The notes under the pieces were generated by a model. That model was not told the DNA's origin. It saw nothing but the letters and a program-made list of their open reading frames with translations, and did no database searches. 44,330 nt of DNA. Origin: a virus. Taxonomy: Duplodnaviria; Heunggongvirae; Uroviricota; Caudoviricetes. Shown in pieces: positions 9,687 through 21,658 of the stretch (position 1 is the stretch's first letter; the number at the start of each line of letters is the position of its first letter). The stretch lies in IMG/VR virus record IMGVR_UViG_2541047714_000011; one strand, given 5' to 3'. A program made the translations under genes and the position numbers.

Positions 9687-11071
9687 TACTGCCCTCCGAG
9701 ATATTTGCTAATTAATTCGTCATCGGACAATTGCTGTTGAGGTTGGCTATCGCCATAACCTGAGGAAAGAAAACGTTTTGCCGCAGCGTTCAATGATTCA
9801 CCCTTCTTAACATCCATCCCCATGATGTTTCGGTTGCGATCAGATTGTCCTGGGCTGCCGTTTGCACTCATCCACTCTGACCTAAACTCGTTGAACTTCG
9901 CGTTATTACTTTCCATTTTTGCCATACCCCTTAACCATCGAGCCATGACCATTGGATTATCCGTTTCGCTTGGAATGCCTTTCCTTGCAAACTCAATATC
10001 CTTATCTGATGCAGGGCCGGGAGGGAGAAGCTTGGTTGCCTGCGCATTGGCTAGTTGGTTGAATCTAATCCGCATATCTCGGAGGTAGTTATCTTGCCCC
10101 GTAAGCTTAGAGAACATATTTTCAGCGTTACCGAACAAACCAGGAGTTGGCTTCTCCTTCTCCAGCGTGTCAGCGAGCGTTGTCATTGAATCGGCAGCAT
10201 TACGACTAGCTGCCGCATCACCTGCTGATTTTTCTATAGCCTTTTCCATGTTCACTGATAATTTTGGCGCAGCATTAATAAGTTCCTCAGCCTTCTTTTG
10301 TGCCTGTTGTACTTCAAAACCGAATTTCTGCTTATCAAGTGCCAGTCTTTCTGCTGCAAGTCCGTGTCCGGTCATTGCTGACTGATAGGAAAGGTTTTGC
10401 CCTCTCGCCTGAAGTGCCTCTCCTGCCTGATTGCTGCGGATTGTCTCTGCCAGCCTGCCTCGGTCAATTTCACGACCAGCCATCTTATCCTGAACAGCAA
10501 ACGCCTTTTCTGGTCCAAGCGCACCGAGAGACATAGTAGTCAGCATGTGTGATAGCTGCTCTGGATTCTGGATACCTGTCTGAATCATCCAGTCAGCATT
10601 AGCACCAACGCGATTTAACCTGTCCTTGTTGTCAGTAATGAATTTACTGTAGGCTTCCGGTCCCTGAGAAAGAGCGACGTTAGCCCTCATGGCTAAATCG
10701 CCCATATCGTTGCGTTGCTGATCATTAAGACCGGAAAACGCCTGTTGTGCCTGTGCAACAAACGCTGGATTTTCCTGGGCAAACTTAAATAGTCCCGATG
10801 GATCACCAGAAGCCCATGCATCAGCGTGAACCTTATTGAACGCACTAATAGCTTTCTGTTGCTGTTCCTGATTGTAAATATCAGCAACTCCAGCCAGACC
10901 ACGTAACGCGGTCAGACCAACGTTATTTGCACCTGAGCGAGCCAGTTCATTGTTTTCGCGGATCAGACCAAGCGTTGCGTTAATGTCGCTTGCCTTTGGC
11001 GCATTCTTATTTTGCGTACCGATGCCAGCCAGAAAACCACCAGAATTAATACCCTGTTGCCACGTAGCCAT
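9686..11071 (-). CDS. Ejection protein, P22 gp20-like
   Basis: 461 aa; position and size. Confidence 0.7.
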
Positions 11072-11080
11072 GATTACCCC

Positions 11081-11776
11081 TTAAAACAACGAGCCAAGCA
11101 GACCAAGACCGCCACCAACAGCGGCACCAATACCAGTACCAATACCAGGAACAATGCTGCCAAGTTGTGCTCCAGCAATTGCTCCAGAGGCAGCCCCGCC
11201 TATTGCAGATTGAAGGCCGGAAGGTCTATTAGCGTTTGCCGCCGCCAGTGCCGCGCTTTGCTGTGAAATCTGGCTCATGTTGTTGGCATATGTTTGCCCG
11301 GCGTTTGCCTGACCTTGCAGTGCGCCAAGACCAACATTTGCCAGATTCTGGTAGTTGTTCATCTGACCAGATAGCCATTGCTGACCAAGCGTTGGTGCGA
11401 TTGTTGCTAACTGATTACTGGTTGCGGTGGAACCCAATCCACCTGTTGCTTCCGCTGCCGCCAGACTCTGATAGCGAGCCTGACCAGCAAGATCTTTATA
11501 CTGCTGAGAATTGTAATACTGGTTAAGTGCCTGACCTTGCCCCTCCAGAGACGATAAGTTCTCGAGGCTGCCGACATACTTCTCAGCCAGAGGAGTAAAC
11601 GGCTTCAGGTTGTTCATGATGGTGTTGAACTGCTGATTTTGCAGGTCTGCTGCATACTTCTGAGCTTCTGCGGCATACTTTGCGCTTTTATCAGAACTGC
11701 CACCTTTCCCGCCTTTTTCAGGGCAATAAGGTTCCTCGCCGCGCAGTTTTCTGCCCAGCTTAAATGCATATAACAT
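11081..11776 (-). CDS. Ejection protein, P22 gp7-like
   Basis: 231 aa; Gly/Ala-rich C-terminus; position. Confidence 0.65.
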   Translation of the reverse strand: MLYAFKLGRKLRGEEPYCPEKGGKGGSSDKSAKYAAEAQKYAADLQNQQFNTIMNNLKPFTPLAEKYVGSLENLSSLEGQGQALNQYYNSQQYKDLAGQARYQSLAAAEATGGLGSTATSNQLATIAPTLGQQWLSGQMNNYQNLANVGLGALQGQANAGQTYANNMSQISQQSAALAAANANRPSGLQSAIGGAASGAIAGAQLGSIVPGIGTGIGAAVGGGLGLLGSLF

Positions 11777-11778
11777 GG

Positions 11779-12234
11779 CTATCTCCCGTGATTCAGGAAG
11801 TCGATTAGTTCTTCGCGTGTGGCGCTGTAAAACGTCACGTCATCCACGCCTTTGAAGTATTTCTTGATGGTTCCTACACGATTAAGGCCAATCATTGCGC
11901 AGTACATCTGCCCGTGGCGGAATTTGCGTGCAGCGAACGATGTTACGCACTGAACGGTGGTGTTAGTCAGAATGTATCGCCAGAACGCCAGCCCGATTTC
12001 CTTGCTGAAGCCGCGAATCTCTGGCAGGTACATGGCGTGGCAATCGAATGTCAGCGGCTGAATCTCCTGATAGTAAACAATGCCGCCGAACTGCCCGTGC
12101 ACGTTCACCTCAAAGTAACGGCATTCAGGCTTGTAGTCGTATCCATCACCGTTGTTGCTACCAGCGATAATGTCAGGGTGATTTCCGACTGCTTCGATCA
12201 GGTCGATGTTTCGCGTTGGTTTGAATGTAATCAT
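11779..12234 (-). CDS. P22 gp14-like virion assembly protein
   Basis: 151 aa; position between gp26 and gp7 homologues; ATGA overlap with gp26 stop. Confidence 0.6.
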   Translation of the reverse strand: MITFKPTRNIDLIEAVGNHPDIIAGSNNGDGYDYKPECRYFEVNVHGQFGGIVYYQEIQPLTFDCHAMYLPEIRGFSKEIGLAFWRYILTNTTVQCVTSFAARKFRHGQMYCAMIGLNRVGTIKKYFKGVDDVTFYSATREELIDFLNHGR

Positions 12235-12935
12235 CAGTCAATCAGCCCATGTAATCTAAGTGCCGTTTCAAGCGCCAGAATACGCTGCCGCGCCTGCTGC
12301 AAACCTGTAGCGAGAGCTGCGACTTCGGATTGTGTGTACGTAGTGCCGACAGTGTATGACTGGTTAGCGTTGAATGAGCCAAGAAGTGGCGTACCTGTGG
12401 CTGCAGTCCATCCGGTATTTCTTGCTCCAACAACCTGAATTCCATCAACTGAATATGATGTTTTTACATCCAGCGGTGACTCAAGAGACTGCAATTCGGT
12501 TACGGTTTTCGATACGTAATCACTCTTAATGCCAGAGACATCGTTTTCTACGTCATCCAGTCTTTGGTCAACAGTGACCAGATGCGCCTGAATATCGATA
12601 ACCTCATCCAGCAAGTAATCAACATCGCTACGCAGTACGACTATCTTCCCTTCGGCAGTTGTTAACCTGACCTCAAGGAGATTTATCGCTTTTGTGTTTG
12701 CGGAGATTCTTGCATCGTGGTCAGCCAGTTCGACATCCTGTTCATCGTTTTTCACCTGAGCATCGTAAGCGCCCTGACCAGCCTGATTTGCCTTCCCGGC
12801 AATTGCGCCGACATCAGCCCCCTGATTAATGACATACAGCAGGTAAGACTGGCTGAATATATTGCGTGGAAGGATTGATGTATCGAGTCGTGTAGCCTGA
12901 ATTGTTACCGGCTCATTGAGATTCGAATCAGCCAT
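12234..12935 (-). CDS. Tail needle protein, P22 gp26-like
   Basis: 233 aa; [25 protein letters not shown]...[43 protein letters not shown] matches P22 gp26 as recalled. Confidence 0.85.
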   Translation of the reverse strand: MADSNLNEPVTIQATRLDTSILPRNIFSQSYLLYVINQGADVGAIAGKANQAGQGAYDAQVKNDEQDVELADHDARISANTKAINLLEVRLTTAEGKIVVLRSDVDYLLDEVIDIQAHLVTVDQRLDDVENDVSGIKSDYVSKTVTELQSLESPLDVKTSYSVDGIQVVGARNTGWTAATGTPLLGSFNANQSYTVGTTYTQSEVAALATGLQQARQRILALETALRLHGLID

Positions 12936-14353
12936 TACTCAATCCTTATCTGGCAACCAGACAGAGTGACAGGTGACTTCGTGATAACGCGCAATTTGAA
13001 GCCGACATTTTTCCTGATGCGCCCTACTCGCTTCCACAAAACGCGTTTGTCGTAAACGAACGGTTCATTCTGCTCAATCATCTGTTCACGATCGTAATTG
13101 ATGCCGTCAGTGGTTGCAGAGAGAAAAAGGCGGTCAGCGTACTGAGCGACACCAGTCGATGATTCAACTTCCAGATCAAAACATCTGGCGTTCTCAGCTT
13201 TGAAGAGTGGTGTAAACAACAGGTGTTCTTGCTGTAGCCCATACTGGCTGCTGATATCGAACTGCAATTTGCCGATAACCGATTCCAGCTTATCTCCGCA
13301 CGTTATCTGATTGCCTTCGTAAATGAAGTCGATAGCGCGGTACACATCGTCGTACAGGCCTGTTTTCAGTACGCACCATTGCGGACCATTGGCGCTTGAA
13401 GATGCGTCGTACACGAGTACGTGGCGCGGAAGATGGATAATCAGCAACTCATGCGCATCAAATCGCAGAGACTCCATCACGCCATCAGCCAGTTCATCAG
13501 CAGTGTAGGAGCGTAGTATTTTCTCAATGCTCGCGCTGGCGATTGGTGATACCTGACCAGAGCCGATGATATACACAGACGGCGCACCTGTTGCCGGATT
13601 GCTGATGAAAGCATAGGAATCAGCAAACGGCGTTTTGCAGTAAGTTCCGGCGATGCCTTTTTGCACCATCAGTGATGGCTGTGCGACATACAAAGCAGCA
13701 CCAACGGTGGTTGCACCAGTCAGGGAGAAATATTCAATCGTCGATGAACCAAAGCAGACGATGAAGTCTCGCCATGTGCCGATACCGATGATGCCGTCCG
13801 GCTGCGATTCTGCGCGATATTGTGCGCTGTAACGGTCAGGATGCGATTCGTCTTCAAGGTCAGTGATAAACCATGAATCAGTGCCGTCTTTTGACCACGC
13901 ATAACGACCACGTAAGCGAGTAATGTCACGAACAGAACCTAACTCATACTGCGTGAATCCGCTGTCTGTAGGCCAGTTTGAGACGGTTTTAACCGTGCCA
14001 TCATAGCGATACTCGACCAGTTTCCCGTTAACGCCTACCGCCTGTGATGTCCGACCATGCGCCATTGATACACGACCACTTCCGGCGACATCACCAACTT
14101 CACTTTCTCCTTTGTACAGCTTGCCACCACACACGCGATAAACAGCACTCTGCGCCATGTTGTACTCGACGCCTCGCGATACGCCGTTCACATCAGAACG
14201 TTTGGCAATGCCCGGGAATGAGCGAAGATATCCGCTGCTGTTGAAGATTTCTTTGGGTGTAGCCAACATATTCGCTGGCAGATAGTCGATATAGTCGGCG
14301 TTTCGAAAGTCTTTGCCGACACCTTTCATAAGCGGAAGTTGCTGAATCGGCAT
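12935..14353 (-). CDS. Tail hub protein, P22 gp10-like
   Basis: 472 aa; position and size. Confidence 0.75.
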   Translation of the reverse strand: MPIQQLPLMKGVGKDFRNADYIDYLPANMLATPKEIFNSSGYLRSFPGIAKRSDVNGVSRGVEYNMAQSAVYRVCGGKLYKGESEVGDVAGSGRVSMAHGRTSQAVGVNGKLVEYRYDGTVKTVSNWPTDSGFTQYELGSVRDITRLRGRYAWSKDGTDSWFITDLEDESHPDRYSAQYRAESQPDGIIGIGTWRDFIVCFGSSTIEYFSLTGATTVGAALYVAQPSLMVQKGIAGTYCKTPFADSYAFISNPATGAPSVYIIGSGQVSPIASASIEKILRSYTADELADGVMESLRFDAHELLIIHLPRHVLVYDASSSANGPQWCVLKTGLYDDVYRAIDFIYEGNQITCGDKLESVIGKLQFDISSQYGLQQEHLLFTPLFKAENARCFDLEVESSTGVAQYADRLFLSATTDGINYDREQMIEQNEPFVYDKRVLWKRVGRIRKNVGFKLRVITKSPVTLSGCQIRIE

Positions 14354-14362
14354 TTATTCACC

Positions 14363-14824
14363 TCACGTACTCGGATCATCTTTCTCGATGTAAAACCGAT
14401 TCCACGTAAACGCGCTTTTTAACCCCGCCCCGCGAGGCATATCATTTCGCCGCTCAAGTGGTGGTATTTTGGTTAAAGCGATGCAGATTGTCTGATATGC
14501 ACTGTCAGCAGCGGTAAGGAGAGCGTCTGACGGCTGAATGACGTTATCCATGCACACTTGCACAGCGAGTTTCAAAGCGACGCCATCATTTGCCCATGCA
14601 GGGATACCTGAATCATCGTCAGGTAACGGCATGATGCCGTTTTCTGTATCAGCAAACTGATATCCAAGCTCGATACCTTTAGCCTGCCATGCTGCCATCA
14701 TGTCTTCGAGGTCATTAATGGCATCTTCAATTGCCTGAGGGTCAGCATCTGTCAACGTGGCATTGGAATACAGCCCGGCTTTTCGTAAAGCCTTTAGAAC
14801 GAGATCACCCTTCGTTTTCGCCAT
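14363..14824 (-). CDS. Head completion / tail adaptor protein, P22 gp4-like
   Basis: 153 aa; position after coat. Confidence 0.7.
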   Translation of the reverse strand: MAKTKGDLVLKALRKAGLYSNATLTDADPQAIEDAINDLEDMMAAWQAKGIELGYQFADTENGIMPLPDDDSGIPAWANDGVALKLAVQVCMDNVIQPSDALLTAADSAYQTICIALTKIPPLERRNDMPRGAGLKSAFTWNRFYIEKDDPST

Positions 14825-14993
14825 CTTCTTCCGCCTTAGCCACTTTTTGCTTCGTTGCGGTTTCTTCAGGAGTTTTTACCCAACCTTTTTTCAGGTGAGA
14901 TTTAACTTCTTCGTCATCAACAATGATGTAATCGACAGCAAACTGACCACAGGTGATCATGTTGCCTGGCTTATAGAGCATTGTTCGTGCCAT
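14805..14993 (-). CDS. Small hypothetical protein between coat and gp4 (62 aa from internal ATG)
   Basis: In-frame ATG at 14993 preceded by GGGAG; lysine/glutamate-rich. Confidence 0.35.
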   Translation of the reverse strand: MARTMLYKPGNMITCGQFAVDYIIVDDEEVKSHLKKGWVKTPEETATKQKVAKAEEDGENEG

Positions 14994-15034
14994 TGTCTTC
15001 TCCCAATAAAAATGGGGCCGAAGCCCCACCAAAA

Positions 15035-16288
15035 TTACTGCCCGGCAATAACGATGCCCGTATATTCAGGAACAAGTACAGAGCAACCGTACAGAGTGGT
15101 GAAACGAGCAGTGGTTACGCCTTTGATGTGGTCGAAGGCGTAAGACATGATCAGCGTAGCGCCCTGCTCGGTGGTTGCTGTCATTACCTGTGGCCCCTGA
15201 CCAGTCGGGAATGCCAGTTTGCCGTACATCAGTTCAACAGAACCATCAGCCCAGAACAGGTTAGCCGGTGCTGCGTTCTTGTTGAGAATGGTGATTGCTG
15301 CTGATTCTGCCGGTTTGGCATCGACGTTTGCATATGGACGACTCGCAACATCAGTATTTTCAACAGGGAGAATCTTTGGAGAAATTGTTACGGTAGTTCC
15401 GCTAACAGCCAGAACACGGAATACCTGCGGTTGCCCGGTGGTATCTTTTGTGATCTGGTGTACGGAATTCACACCGGCAATGGTGAACGCATCACCAACC
15501 TGCAAGCCAGATGCAGATACCGTAATAGTCCCCTGTCGGTTATCAACTGGCATACCATTTGAATCTTTCGCTTCAACCTTGTGTTCAGGTTGGCCTGATA
15601 CTGTCAAGGATTCAACGCTTCCTTTCGGTAATCGACCAGAAATATCGGTCTTGTAGCTATCAAAGGAAGCAACCGGAGGGATCTGCGCTTTTTCGTATGC
15701 TGTCAGGGTTGCGCCCTGAGCATAGGCACGGTGACCAAGCTCGCCAGCAAGGTCTTTGTAGTTGAAGGGGTTCCAGAAAGAGCGACGGTTGATACCCTGA
15801 GGTACACCAATCGCCGTCATGGTGGCATCAATATCTGCCGCACCATTCCACAAGGCAAGGCCCCGTGAGCCATTTTCTGAGGCAGGAATTGCGACCACGT
15901 TAGTAGCACGCTGCGTGACCATGGAAATCAGGTCAGAGTCAATCTGTGCAGCAAGGCGCATACCTGCGGCTCGACCAGCTTCAGTTTTATGTTCCGGGTC
16001 ACGCATTTCACGCGCATCCAGAGTGTACAGAATGTTTTTCGGCTCCTTGAACACAGAAGGAACAAGGCGCTGAACCAGTGCTGTTGGCGTTTTGCCGCTG
16101 AGGTCTAGGCCTTCCTCAATGTTCATGTGGTAATGCTGCGGACGATACAGAACATCACCTGCTCGCTGCATTGCTGTATCACCGGGACGGAATTTTTTAG
16201 CGTTACGGGAAACTACGCAGGCGGCCTCAAAGCCTTCAACGTAGTTTTCGAACATGATTTCAAGGTCTTTTGCTAATTGGTTAGGCAT
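15035..16288 (-). CDS. Major capsid (coat) protein, P22 gp5-like
   Basis: 417 aa; follows scaffold; architecture resembles P22 coat. Confidence 0.8.
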   Translation of the reverse strand: MPNQLAKDLEIMFENYVEGFEAACVVSRNAKKFRPGDTAMQRAGDVLYRPQHYHMNIEEGLDLSGKTPTALVQRLVPSVFKEPKNILYTLDAREMRDPEHKTEAGRAAGMRLAAQIDSDLISMVTQRATNVVAIPASENGSRGLALWNGAADIDATMTAIGVPQGINRRSFWNPFNYKDLAGELGHRAYAQGATLTAYEKAQIPPVASFDSYKTDISGRLPKGSVESLTVSGQPEHKVEAKDSNGMPVDNRQGTITVSASGLQVGDAFTIAGVNSVHQITKDTTGQPQVFRVLAVSGTTVTISPKILPVENTDVASRPYANVDAKPAESAAITILNKNAAPANLFWADGSVELMYGKLAFPTGQGPQVMTATTEQGATLIMSYAFDHIKGVTTARFTTLYGCSVLVPEYTGIVIAGQ

Positions 16289-16306
16289 GCTTAATGCTCC
16301 GATAGG

Positions 16307-17200
16307 TTATTTTTTTGCCTTTTTGGCGGCGAAATACGGCGTCCAGTCACCAGTTTCCAGCGCCTTGGCTTTCAGTTTGCCGAGGTTATTGATTACTGCG
16401 CCGTTGCCCCCCTTAACTGTCGGGGTTGTGGCTGCCGTGGTTTTTGCTTTTGGCATGATTCTGGCCTTCGATTCGATACGTTCCAGCAGACGACCAATTG
16501 CTACGGGGTTGGTAGCTTCTGCCAGTTGCTTGCGCAGTTCAGCGTTGCGACCGAGTGCCAGAACAACGATTTCCGGCTTCTCTGACTCAAACAGGATCGC
16601 GTTTTGTGTCTCGATGGGGATTTCCTCGAGTACGGCCTGTTCTGCTTCCTGATAGCCAGGAACCTTGAGAGCCTTAACACGTTGCTGATATTTGGATAAT
16701 CGCTCTTGATAGGCAGCCTGAAGCTCCTGCTCCTTCTGCTTGCGAGCCATCTCCTGTTGCTGGTACTTGCCGTTATCCTCTGCCCACTTAGCCATGCGTT
16801 GCTGGTAGATTTCTTCATCGAAACCGATGTCCTCATCATCCATTTTTGGCATTCGCGGTGGTTGAGTGATTACCGGCTGCTGCTCGACGGGTTTCTGAGA
16901 CTGACGCATCAGCTCTTTCAGCTCGCGGTCTTTCTCTTTAATCGTCTTGCGCAGGTGTTTTACCAGTCCATGCTCTCCGCCATCTTCGCTGGTTGGCGAA
17001 TCCAGCTTTTCGTCACCAAAGTAGAATTCCTGTTCTGATTCGTCGTCATCAGTGTCAGTAGCTTCCTCTGCATCATTTCCTGAGGACTCACTGCCATCTA
17101 CTTTTTCGACTTCTTCAGCCAGTTCGACATCATCAGGAATCTGCTCTGACGCGTCGGGTTCGATTTCAACTTCTGGTGTGTTTTCTGCCATCTGGTCCAT
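16307..17200 (-). CDS. Scaffolding protein, P22 gp8-like
   Basis: 297 aa; very acidic N-terminus, helical charged repeats; between portal and coat. Confidence 0.75.
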   Translation of the reverse strand: MDQMAENTPEVEIEPDASEQIPDDVELAEEVEKVDGSESSGNDAEEATDTDDDESEQEFYFGDEKLDSPTSEDGGEHGLVKHLRKTIKEKDRELKELMRQSQKPVEQQPVITQPPRMPKMDDEDIGFDEEIYQQRMAKWAEDNGKYQQQEMARKQKEQELQAAYQERLSKYQQRVKALKVPGYQEAEQAVLEEIPIETQNAILFESEKPEIVVLALGRNAELRKQLAEATNPVAIGRLLERIESKARIMPKAKTTAATTPTVKGGNGAVINNLGKLKAKALETGDWTPYFAAKKAKK

Positions 17201-17290
17201 TTGTTACCCCTGTTTACTCGATGTTCAGCCCATCGGAAGGCAATAGGGTGCCAGGCCTCATAAAGACAGCCATTGCACGTTATGGGTTAA

Positions 17291-19495
17291 TTACTGCTGT
17301 GGTTGTTGCTGAGTTGATTTTTGCAGGATGCTGCTGATGTCCATGCGCTGCGCATGGCCCTGTGCCTGACTTTTCAGGACAAGCTCTGCATCAGCACGGG
17401 CATTGTCTCCTTGCTGTTGCTGGAACTGTCCGAGCAGTTTCAGAGCCTCGCGGATATCAGATTTCTGCTGGCTATCGGCAGATGCGAGGATTTTCACAAC
17501 GTTTGCCGCTGCAACCTGAGCATCAGTCTGTGCCTGGAATGCTTTAACCTGAATGGCTGCCTGTTCGTTCTGCGCTTTCTGCAATTCAGCCTGACCTGCA
17601 AGAAGCTGACCTTGCGCTGCAACCATAGCCGGATCTGGCTGACTGGCCTGTTGTTGTTTCGCCTGCTCAACCATCTGCTGCTCTTCTGGCGTTCTCGGCT
17701 TGATAACTCCAGACAGAAGCAACTGATTGCGGTTGTATTCTTTAAGGTCATCCATCCCTTCGCCGTCCATATTGTCGAGAATTATCGACGATACAAGGTC
17801 GTGCTTCGGCGTTCCTGGTGGGATAAGTGCCAGCATGGAAAGTAACGACTTAACCGTTGCATCACGGCGAGTAGCGAACGACTGACCGACATCGACAGTC
17901 ACTTCATAGTTGCCCTGCGAAAGGTCATTAAGCGCGATAACCCGCCCTGTCTGACGGTCAACCACTTCACCAGTCATCAGCGCCACGTCATCGCTGCCGT
18001 CCTCATTAACGATACGCATCGGCGTATCACTGCCATAGACCTCACGCGCCATAGAAAGCCACACAACGCCAGCGCGACGCATGGATTTAGCCATGTTATC
18101 CATGTAGATATAGGACTGCGTATCCATCCGGTTAAAGATGCTATCAACGGTATCGGTGGCGACGTTGCTCGGCATGTTCTCAAGCTGCGACGCACCTGTA
18201 ATTTGCTGAATAGCCGTTCCGGTGTACTGCAATAGCCCGGCAAGAGCTGGAGGCATTTGTGTCGGAGGCGTATAACTGCTGACCTGAGCCTGCGCAGTAA
18301 TATCTCCGTTTTTGTTTTTCAGACTGACCATCGGCAGGAACGCCGGGCGCTTTTTGTTGCGCTCCGCCCAATGAGTGGCAAGAGGACCAGGAATCATGTC
18401 AACATCAACTACAGGAATGCCATCGCCGCCAGCCTGAGTAGCGTTATCTGCAATCATGGAAACCATCAGGTTCTCAAGACGCTGTGCATCCATCGCTTTT
18501 GCTGCGTGGCCTTCGATTCGCTCCTGATTATCAACAAATGAACGACGCCCATATACCGGGATGAGAGGAATATGTTCGCCCGGAATACGCTTCGGTTCTT
18601 CCAGCCATTCAGCGCCAGACAGAAGACCGCAATAAACTCGGCGTTTCTTCACCGTTCGCTCGCCAATCAGTTCGAATGCACCATCGGTCAGCTCGTCGAC
18701 AATATCTTTGATTTGCTCTTCATCATAGATTGCCGTTTCTCCGCTGACAGGGTTACGCCATGCTGTGAGCTTCACCTTCTCTATGCGGACTTCGTAGTAG
18801 CGTCCAACATAGATGGCGTCAGGCGTTGACCAGTCATACTGAGTACCAGTGTCATCACGAGAAAGGCTTGCCGCGATGGAATCAGGGTATTCAGCCTCGA
18901 ACGCTTTAGGCGTCATGGAGAACATTTCCATAGCCCACATGGCATCAGAGCGGTCATATTGCTTGCTGTCCTGATCGAAGAAGACGCATGTCGCCGGGTC
19001 GTAAACAGGAAGAAGGCTGATGCGTCGCTGTTCGTTACTCGGATCCATTTCATCTTCGTAATCAGCACACATGCGGAAACAACCGAATCCGCCCGTTACA
19101 GCATCATCAAATGCGTTATCACACGCTTCGCCACCGGATGTTTCCTGATAATCAGCGCGGAATTTGCCGTTCATCTTTTCGGCTAACGCTTCCGATGCCT
19201 TGTCATCCTTCGGCCTGAATTTAACGCTGATGCGATTCTGTCGATACTCGCCAATGATGCGATCACATTCACGGGCAATCTTATTCAGTTCAAAGCGCGG
19301 GTAATGCTCAAACCTGCCCTCATCAAACGAGTAACCAGCGTTTGTGCTACCTTCCCACTGTGCGCCGGACACCCTGACGAAACGTTGAGCCTCAATAATC
19401 TGCTCACGCATATCCTGCGTTGCTGACCAGGCATTATCAAAGTTGCACAGCACCTTGCGATGCCAGTCAGTCATCTTTCTATCATCAGCCATCAT
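17291..19495 (-). CDS. Portal protein, P22 gp1-like
   Basis: ~734 aa; ATG at 19495 overlaps TerL stop (ATGA); long Gln-rich C-terminal helix; track ORF extends to 19507. Confidence 0.85.
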   Translation of the reverse strand: MMADDRKMTDWHRKVLCNFDNAWSATQDMREQIIEAQRFVRVSGAQWEGSTNAGYSFDEGRFEHYPRFELNKIARECDRIIGEYRQNRISVKFRPKDDKASEALAEKMNGKFRADYQETSGGEACDNAFDDAVTGGFGCFRMCADYEDEMDPSNEQRRISLLPVYDPATCVFFDQDSKQYDRSDAMWAMEMFSMTPKAFEAEYPDSIAASLSRDDTGTQYDWSTPDAIYVGRYYEVRIEKVKLTAWRNPVSGETAIYDEEQIKDIVDELTDGAFELIGERTVKKRRVYCGLLSGAEWLEEPKRIPGEHIPLIPVYGRRSFVDNQERIEGHAAKAMDAQRLENLMVSMIADNATQAGGDGIPVVDVDMIPGPLATHWAERNKKRPAFLPMVSLKNKNGDITAQAQVSSYTPPTQMPPALAGLLQYTGTAIQQITGASQLENMPSNVATDTVDSIFNRMDTQSYIYMDNMAKSMRRAGVVWLSMAREVYGSDTPMRIVNEDGSDDVALMTGEVVDRQTGRVIALNDLSQGNYEVTVDVGQSFATRRDATVKSLLSMLALIPPGTPKHDLVSSIILDNMDGEGMDDLKEYNRNQLLLSGVIKPRTPEEQQMVEQAKQQQASQPDPAMVAAQGQLLAGQAELQKAQNEQAAIQVKAFQAQTDAQVAAANVVKILASADSQQKSDIREALKLLGQFQQQQGDNARADAELVLKSQAQGHAQRMDISSILQKSTQQQPQQ

Positions 19496-20988
19496 CCAAC
19501 TCCGCAAGGTATGTTGTAGCTTGAGTAATCAATCTCTTTAGGATCTTTGATGTCTCGCATCTGTATTGCAAAACGCCTCATCATGTAGCCATAGCGAACA
19601 GCAGAAAGGATGTCGTCATTTAGCTTGACGATCTTCCCGTTCTCATCGCGGTGATACAGGCGAAACTCTTCAAAGAATGGCTCGCAGGTGTTAAATACCT
19701 TGAAACGACCGTCGAGCATCATGTCGCGTATCTCTGCTATCCCGGGTTCGACCGCATTACCTCCATCAGGCCATGTTGCATGATCTGGCAACATATCGAA
19801 CCCAGCGTCGGCGTATTGTTCCTTGAGCTGAGCGCCGCCTCCCTTTTCGTGCTGATGCCCGTCATGAGGCCAAGCCGTAGGGGTGTTTTTGCTCCATGCT
19901 TTAACAGCACTCCATGCCTCTGTCGCCTTCTTCTGTTTGGCCTTCCAGACGCGAGAAAGATAAATCACGTCCTCGTCTTTATCCCACCAAAGCTGGATGT
20001 GTGCCTGTGGGTGATCCCATCCGAAGTCCATTGCATTGATGACGTAGAAGTGATCAGGACACTCGAACGGCTGACACTTAATAGTCTCTTCCGGTATCTG
20101 GAAGATTCGACCACTACCCATCGTAGGAATACCGCGAGCTCGAGCCTCTCTCTCATGCTCTGGATAGGATGCGATGATTTGCTCTTTCTGCTCGTCGGTA
20201 TAGTGCTCAGCGTCATAGATGGTCATGTTGACCACTTTCTGCGACTTGCTGGGATTCTTCAGGAACTTGGTAACAACGTCAGACATCCCCATCAGCGGGG
20301 TAAACGTCAGGATTGAGAATTGCCCGTATTTGTTGGTACGGGTAAGACCTTCGCCATAAATGCTGTATGGTGGCTCTTCGTCAAACCACACGCCGTGGAT
20401 TGTGTCACCCTGCCAGCGAGCACGGCCTTGCGAGTATGGTTTGAAGTAGCAGATTGAAATGCCATCTTCAACGCCATCAGCCGTATGATGCTTAACCAGA
20501 AGGTGATCAACAAGGTTCGGAAAGAAAGGAGACTTCTTCCAGCTAATGATGTCCTCTTTCGGTATTGAACCGTAGCCCGGCTCATCATTCTCTTCAATAC
20601 GACCGCACAGGATGCGTTGAGTCGTTTTGGTTACCGTCTCGTTTGTCTCGCCACCAATCCAGAAGACAACAGGCTCATAGAAACGCTTACCTTTCCACTC
20701 ACCGCCATATTTACCATCAGCAGGATAGCCTTTTGTGCCCGGATAACGCCCGGTAAGGTGAAACGCGACTTCAGCAGCGCCAGTAAATGACTTACCAAGC
20801 TGGTTGCCAGCCATAAAACAGCGCTCTGGATAGTCATGACCGGCGTCGATGAACTCACGCTGTTTGCTGTATGGCGTAAATTCATATAGCAGGTGTGTGT
20901 TCCGGTAGTTCTCTTCTTCTTCGAGTAGCTCGAGCAACTCGATTTGCTCTTCGTCGCTCAGGTTATCAAGAATCGCGTCCAGTTCCAC
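19492..20988 (-). CDS. Terminase large subunit, P22 gp2-like
   Basis: 498 aa; N-terminus [34 protein letters not shown] as recalled for P22 gp2; GTG start. Confidence 0.9.
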   Translation of the reverse strand: MELDAILDNLSDEEQIELLELLEEEENYRNTHLLYEFTPYSKQREFIDAGHDYPERCFMAGNQLGKSFTGAAEVAFHLTGRYPGTKGYPADGKYGGEWKGKRFYEPVVFWIGGETNETVTKTTQRILCGRIEENDEPGYGSIPKEDIISWKKSPFFPNLVDHLLVKHHTADGVEDGISICYFKPYSQGRARWQGDTIHGVWFDEEPPYSIYGEGLTRTNKYGQFSILTFTPLMGMSDVVTKFLKNPSKSQKVVNMTIYDAEHYTDEQKEQIIASYPEHEREARARGIPTMGSGRIFQIPEETIKCQPFECPDHFYVINAMDFGWDHPQAHIQLWWDKDEDVIYLSRVWKAKQKKATEAWSAVKAWSKNTPTAWPHDGHQHEKGGGAQLKEQYADAGFDMLPDHATWPDGGNAVEPGIAEIRDMMLDGRFKVFNTCEPFFEEFRLYHRDENGKIVKLNDDILSAVRYGYMMRRFAIQMRDIKDPKEIDYSSYNIPCGVG

Positions 20989-21460
20989 GGTTGAATAGCT
21001 CCTTGATACGAGAGCGTCGCTTATCGCGATCTCCCTTATCAGGTGTCACGTCTTCAACTTGCGACTGCTCTTTGAGGCCCAAATCACGGGCGATGATGTT
21101 AGCGTTGAGAAGGTCAGCGGCTGCGCCAGAGAATTTCTGGTCGTAGATGACCTGTTCTGCTCGCGTAACGACTTCAGATAAATCTTCTCGCAGGCGATAT
21201 GTGCGCCATGTTTCAAGCGTCACATCAATGAACAGAGTGAGACCGGTGATGGTCATCGCTCGCATCTTGGCGATAGGCTCTTGTATCACTTCCCCCTGAT
21301 ACGAGAACGCCTTCATCTCCCATAGCGGGTTAGCTTCCACCCACTCGAAGTATTCACAACAAGCAGCCCACAGCGCCTCAGGCGATTCGAATTTAGGATT
21401 TCGCCCATGACTACTGCGGGCCTCCCAAAATCGGTTGCCCTTTGGTGCTGCCATATTCAT
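20966..21460 (-). CDS. Terminase small subunit, P22 gp3-like
   Basis: 164 aa (or 162 from ATG at 21454); ...[45 protein letters not shown] as recalled for P22 gp3. Confidence 0.8.
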   Translation of the reverse strand: MNMAAPKGNRFWEARSSHGRNPKFESPEALWAACCEYFEWVEANPLWEMKAFSYQGEVIQEPIAKMRAMTITGLTLFIDVTLETWRTYRLREDLSEVVTRAEQVIYDQKFSGAAADLLNANIIARDLGLKEQSQVEDVTPDKGDRDKRRSRIKELFNRGTGRDS

Positions 21461-21477
21461 CTCACTTAGTTGTTATT

Positions 21478-21657
21478 TCAGGCTAAGGACTCTTTCGCGC
21501 CTTCAATCAATGACTGCTTCAGCAATTCAAGTGTGCCAATCGCCTCGCATAAACTGATTTCACCATCGTAATCATGGATGACGCTTTCCAGTCGCTCGTA
21601 TAGCTCTTGAGTAATTGGGAATTTCTTCTCCTTACCCAAATTGATTACGCGGCTCAC
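21478..21657 (-). CDS. Hypothetical 59-aa protein (not in ORF track)
   Basis: Hand-translated GTG-start ORF VSRVINLGKEKKFPITQELYERLESVIHDYDGEISLCEAIGTLELLKQSLIEGAKESLA; GGAG 6 nt upstream; fills the gap between orf80 and terS. Confidence 0.35.
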   Translation of the reverse strand: MSRVINLGKEKKFPITQELYERLESVIHDYDGEISLCEAIGTLELLKQSLIEGAKESLA

Positions 21658-21658
21658 A

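Noticed and set aside
17321-20316. Plus-strand track ORFs inside portal and TerL (for example 17321-17845, 19651-20316)
   Set aside because: Antisense to confidently identified structural genes; typical spurious ORFs
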